Part shown: piece after piece, positions 62,601-64,000 of the stretch
How the letters are laid out: each line of letters starts with the position of its first letter
Numbering within the stretch: the first letter of the stretch is position 1
Virus record (IMG/VR): IMGVR_UViG_3300048576_000125
Coordinates: 3,946-67,945 of that record
Length of the DNA stretch: 64,000 bases
Reading direction: 5' to 3' (one strand)
Source: a virus
Lineage: Duplodnaviria; Caudoviricetes
The notes under the pieces: generated by a model
Database searches by the model: none
The model's input: only the letters and a program-made list of their open reading frames with translations
What the model was told of the DNA's origin: nothing
Made by a program: the position numbers and the translations under genes

Positions 62601-63726
62601 CGGGCCCGAATATGAGGCCCAGTTCCTCCCGTGGCTCCGCTCCGTGGTGAATGACCGGAACGGGTCCGCAGCCCAGGGCCTTGGGGGGTTCAGCCGATTC
62701 ATGATGGGGATGCGCTCCAACATGGTGGCGGCTACCATCGGGTTCAAGATTTCCTCGGTGATCGTCCAGGCCACGGACCTCATCCGTGCCTCGGATCGGG
62801 TGAAGAAGACGGAGCTGGGGAAGGCCCTGTTGGATTTCATGCGGCACCCCGTGGAGGTCACGCAGCAGGTCCGCGAGATGTCCGGGGAGATGCGCTTCCG
62901 TTCCGAGAACCTGGACCGCGACATCCGGGCCGCGCTCCAGAGGCTCACCGGCAAGAATTCCGCGTGGGCCGAGGTGCAGCGGTTCGCCTTCCACGGCATC
63001 GGCCTGGCCGACACCATCACGTCCGTGCCGACTTGGCTTGGGGCCTACCGCCAGGCGTTGAAGGAAGGCGCGCCAGAGGAGCAGGCCATCCGGGAAGCGG
63101 ACCGCACGGCCCGCCTGGTGCTGCAGGTCGGAAGCCCGAAGGACCTCACCCCCATCCAGCGCCAGAACGAGCTGGCCAAGTTCGTCACCATGTTCATGGG
63201 CGATGCCACGGCCACCTACGGGATCCTGCGGGACGCCGGTCACCAGGTCCGCGGCGTGAAGGATGTCCCCAAGTGGGCGGCCCGGGTGCTCTTCGCGGTC
63301 ATGATCCCGGCGATTTTGGGGGACCTCATCAAGGGGCAGGGGCCCGGGGATGATGAAGACAAGGGCGCCTGGGCTGCCAGGAAGGCGCTGCTGTCCGCCC
63401 CCAACACCATCCCGGTTCTGCGGGACATGACGAAGATCCTGGACAACGGCGGGAGCTACCGCTTCAGCCCCGCGGTGTCTGGCCTTGAGAAGGCCGGGCG
63501 CCTCTTCCTCCAGACGGGCACGGCCTTGGACAAGGGGGACTGGGATCGCGTGGCCTTCACCGGCGCCGACATGTTTGGGACGCTGGCCGGCGTGCCTGGG
63601 ACGGCCCAGATCATCACCTCGGGCCGCTACCTCTACAAGGTGCATTCCGGTGACGAGAGACCTGAGAACTCCATGGACATCGCCAAGGGTGTGGCCCTGG
63701 GCGCCAAGCAGAAGGGGAGGAAGTGA
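56677..63726 (+). CDS. Giant ejection/polyvalent protein, 2349 aa, with zeta-toxin-like P-loop and HExxH modules
   Basis: TAGAQASGKT (58975-59004); ADLSTFVHETGH (HExxH at 60028-60042); YYPLAYDP C-terminal region. Confidence 0.88.
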   Translation: MMDELQAYLQQEAEKDRRAAGLEASLRRGMTRNPDEYAKALTLAAKTGKAPALVGEFLPEVEQEDRLRSLDVTGLIQSHPKAAAWLSDENNASIAHDDVENLARIESIPQMSALRLTAWDRVKDVGRRLVDGTLFMSQEEAQDVRQARSAVRQAGLKGTGDITAMHPLRLAAATARGFVNPLTGLASFVEAKTGAPRSTSGALKSLTSALTPEDATIAEKASEGVSSSFGLLLPGMGARYGALKLASKVPALARWAPLIGATASASVEAASEAGSVYDTLREQGQSHEFASGRANKVFLGNLAFLAATNRIGFFNPEGKSAAHLARTMLAEGTQEGVQKVVSNLGTDTPERHVGALEGVLEEAAMGGLSAGILERGGQAISSLLKARRVGGRRSNLELFFDLQASMEGADAAQALGDAARDSKLRQRSPEAFGQAVQTMVEGTDHENVMIPAERFETFFQEKGVDPAQVAEQLGARNYLEALAAGTDVVIPTASYARDIAGTDLHAELAPDIRFRPWDMSPRELEAYQAQAAQVEPEVQQQAQEAAAAAPAWWAIQEKTQAQLEAAGFEPKTAEAYATLHAKAMTNLAERSGIDPAALDARYALEVSRPAPGETPAMSLADAVLARLKTTQPGEDITQPVQPLRLDELGFWQGPVDQPAPKGVHFDNLTPEAQQRVVKGIESDIQTWVDDPQGFVNAYAAFPQSMGGRLVNGDIINAMMPAVAENVPLGLAAMKQVDAALQSQVITLHKHLRQHAYDLAGDLPVGITAGAQASGKTRTAEWLLGDGIMGAVIDAPHDDAKTVNHYIQEALGRGKDAAVVFVDRPDFGASFKSMLRRSTREGRMVPPGGMMDTRLKVPGEMLKVAQEHRNSHRVSLYHLKAAENGQPSIVGGSLAEDGKDAAISIRERAAEDRSALATQAREAYLSYLKGPNEPELPADIRRDLEAAFPGGVGENAGGAGVVGADAGAGGSAAPGLQPELQARTEGLNQALKALGINPEEVADGPELLARIAQAAKDHPELADLARDLGEALGGTSLGQSNLSKRMRRLALNTKAAQAKHEIQAHDAEEAEFSEWEKDIKALQAGEVFPTDNRGFIRFGPDRTFHIGLLQDADLSTFVHETGHFYLEVLGDLAEMEGVNPQVKEDHAALLKWLGVDSREQIGREQHEKFARANEAYLMEGKAPSAHLQGVFARVSNWLKLIYRSVSRLVKLNDEVRAVFDRLYASDEEIEAAKKDMGEAPLFATAEDAGMTEAEFALYSKAVAAETDTAKAALASRLNRELLRERASWWKEGLERETEAAAAEVDADPAQRAFVALTKGELQDGTPIKLSKEAIEAQFGEGFAKNLPRSFRRLYAREGGMDAEAAAEFLGFDSGEQLIEALRTLEPRKTRIKALAEARMKDRHGDLMVDGSLQDAAVEALHNQHREEVLMQELRAIRRLQAQVKPFVEQQAKEQREAERQDRRDARAATVVPPMETFRKAARELVEQQAAKDLQPYRYLVAERQLSRAALAAMAKKDYQAAGDARQKALLNHHLYLEAVKAKEEVEAIYDFGAKALKPRTQAMLGKAGAGFQEQHNAILERYEFVRVTNKELAERAESLAVWAQALAANGEEISIDPDLYREQPKNFRECTVPELRAVRDALKNIQTVARRQVELEVEGRKVDKEEAIEAMRASAYEHAKKVRPLPVDPLLKTAGDKARGLLLGGDAMLLKLEQVIDWLDGGDINGPWREHIFQPIAEAQVREYAMHQAITGKLVEAMEAMPKEQRLSMLDAYDIPGIGKVSRKMILSMALNMGNAENFEKMLKGHGWASPEGMEAVTRATGKLNRADWEFVQKTWDIINSLWPAIAELEHRMTGLEPVKVEAKPFTVTLEDGTTMALQGGYYPLAYDPERSSQGASQAGGDLSQLFEKGYVKATTSKGHTQARVNFAAPLVLDFEQVLTGHVTKVVKDLTHREAVVAVNKLITDQRVRSAIQETLGPEYEAQFLPWLRSVVNDRNGSAAQGLGGFSRFMMGMRSNMVAATIGFKISSVIVQATDLIRASDRVKKTELGKALLDFMRHPVEVTQQVREMSGEMRFRSENLDRDIRAALQRLTGKNSAWAEVQRFAFHGIGLADTITSVPTWLGAYRQALKEGAPEEQAIREADRTARLVLQVGSPKDLTPIQRQNELAKFVTMFMGDATATYGILRDAGHQVRGVKDVPKWAARVLFAVMIPAILGDLIKGQGPGDDEDKGAWAARKALLSAPNTIPVLRDMTKILDNGGSYRFSPAVSGLEKAGRLFLQTGTALDKGDWDRVAFTGADMFGTLAGVPGTAQIITSGRYLYKVHSGDERPENSMDIAKGVALGAKQKGRK

Positions 63727-64000
63727 TGTGGCGTAGCCCCCTGGAAGCGATGCCCAAGGACGATGCCGCCTACTCGGACCAACAGCAGGGTGGATACCTC
63801 GACCCTTCCGCGCGAGAGCAGGGTTACACGCTCGACGAGGTGCTGGCGTCGATGCCATCCGGCGCCGTCCTCGGCATCGCCGAGAAGCCGCGCTGGGTCG
63901 CGGAGTGGCAGGCGATCCAGGCGGAGTACCCGTCGATTTCGAGCGAGCCGCTGGCCGTGCACTCCACCTACCTCGCAGCCTACGCCGCGCTGCGGGACTA
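63726..64000 (+). CDS. Hypothetical protein, partial (runs off window)
   Basis: TGATG overlap; open to the window end. Confidence 0.5.
   Translation, partial: MWRSPLEAMPKDDAAYSDQQQGGYLDPSAREQGYTLDEVLASMPSGAVLGIAEKPRWVAEWQAIQAEYPSISSEPLAVHSTYLAAYAALRD

Larger units (their letters stand above)
24975..64000. mobile_element. Temperate podovirus-type prophage (epsilon15/BPP-1-like), right end beyond window
   Basis: att, int, xis, immunity, replication, terminase, portal, capsid, tail tubular A/B, internal virion proteins in canonical order. Confidence 0.92.

Overview
The whole window is mobile DNA: three elements stacked in tandem at one tRNA-Arg(ACG) attachment site. Two identical 47-bp copies of the tRNA 3' half (2353-2399, 24975-25021, minus strand, ending exactly at the anticodon loop) mark the junctions. 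(1) 1-2352: end of a mobilizable element with an HUH relaxase (runs off the window) and an RHH/MobC-like gene. (2) 2353-25021: a complete 22.6-kb att-flanked element. It has its own tyrosine integrase, a pC194/Rep_1-type rolling-circle initiator, a transglutaminase-like Cys-His-Asp enzyme, several C-terminally membrane-anchored proteins, three small beta-rich proteins with single-jelly-roll-like strand patterns, two lytic transglycosylases and holin/spanin-like genes. It has no terminase, portal, tail, HK97 capsid or recognisable packaging ATPase. I interpret it as a provirus of a tailless, probably membrane-containing virus (inference; best novelty candidate). It also carries AT-rich cargo with at least one canonical integron attC. 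(3) 24975-64000+: a temperate podovirus-type prophage (epsilon15/BPP-1-like gene order) with integrase, xis, ImmA/ImmR-type immunity, two C5 methyltransferases, DnaB, terminase, lysis, portal, capsid, tail tubular proteins and a 2349-aa polyvalent ejection protein. Its early-left operon contains six attC sites whose cassette ORFs all run antisense to the attC polarity, including one exactly duplicated cassette. No database or structure searches were run; family calls rest on motifs read from the translations, and several starts were re-assigned by eye from RBS and stop/start overlaps.
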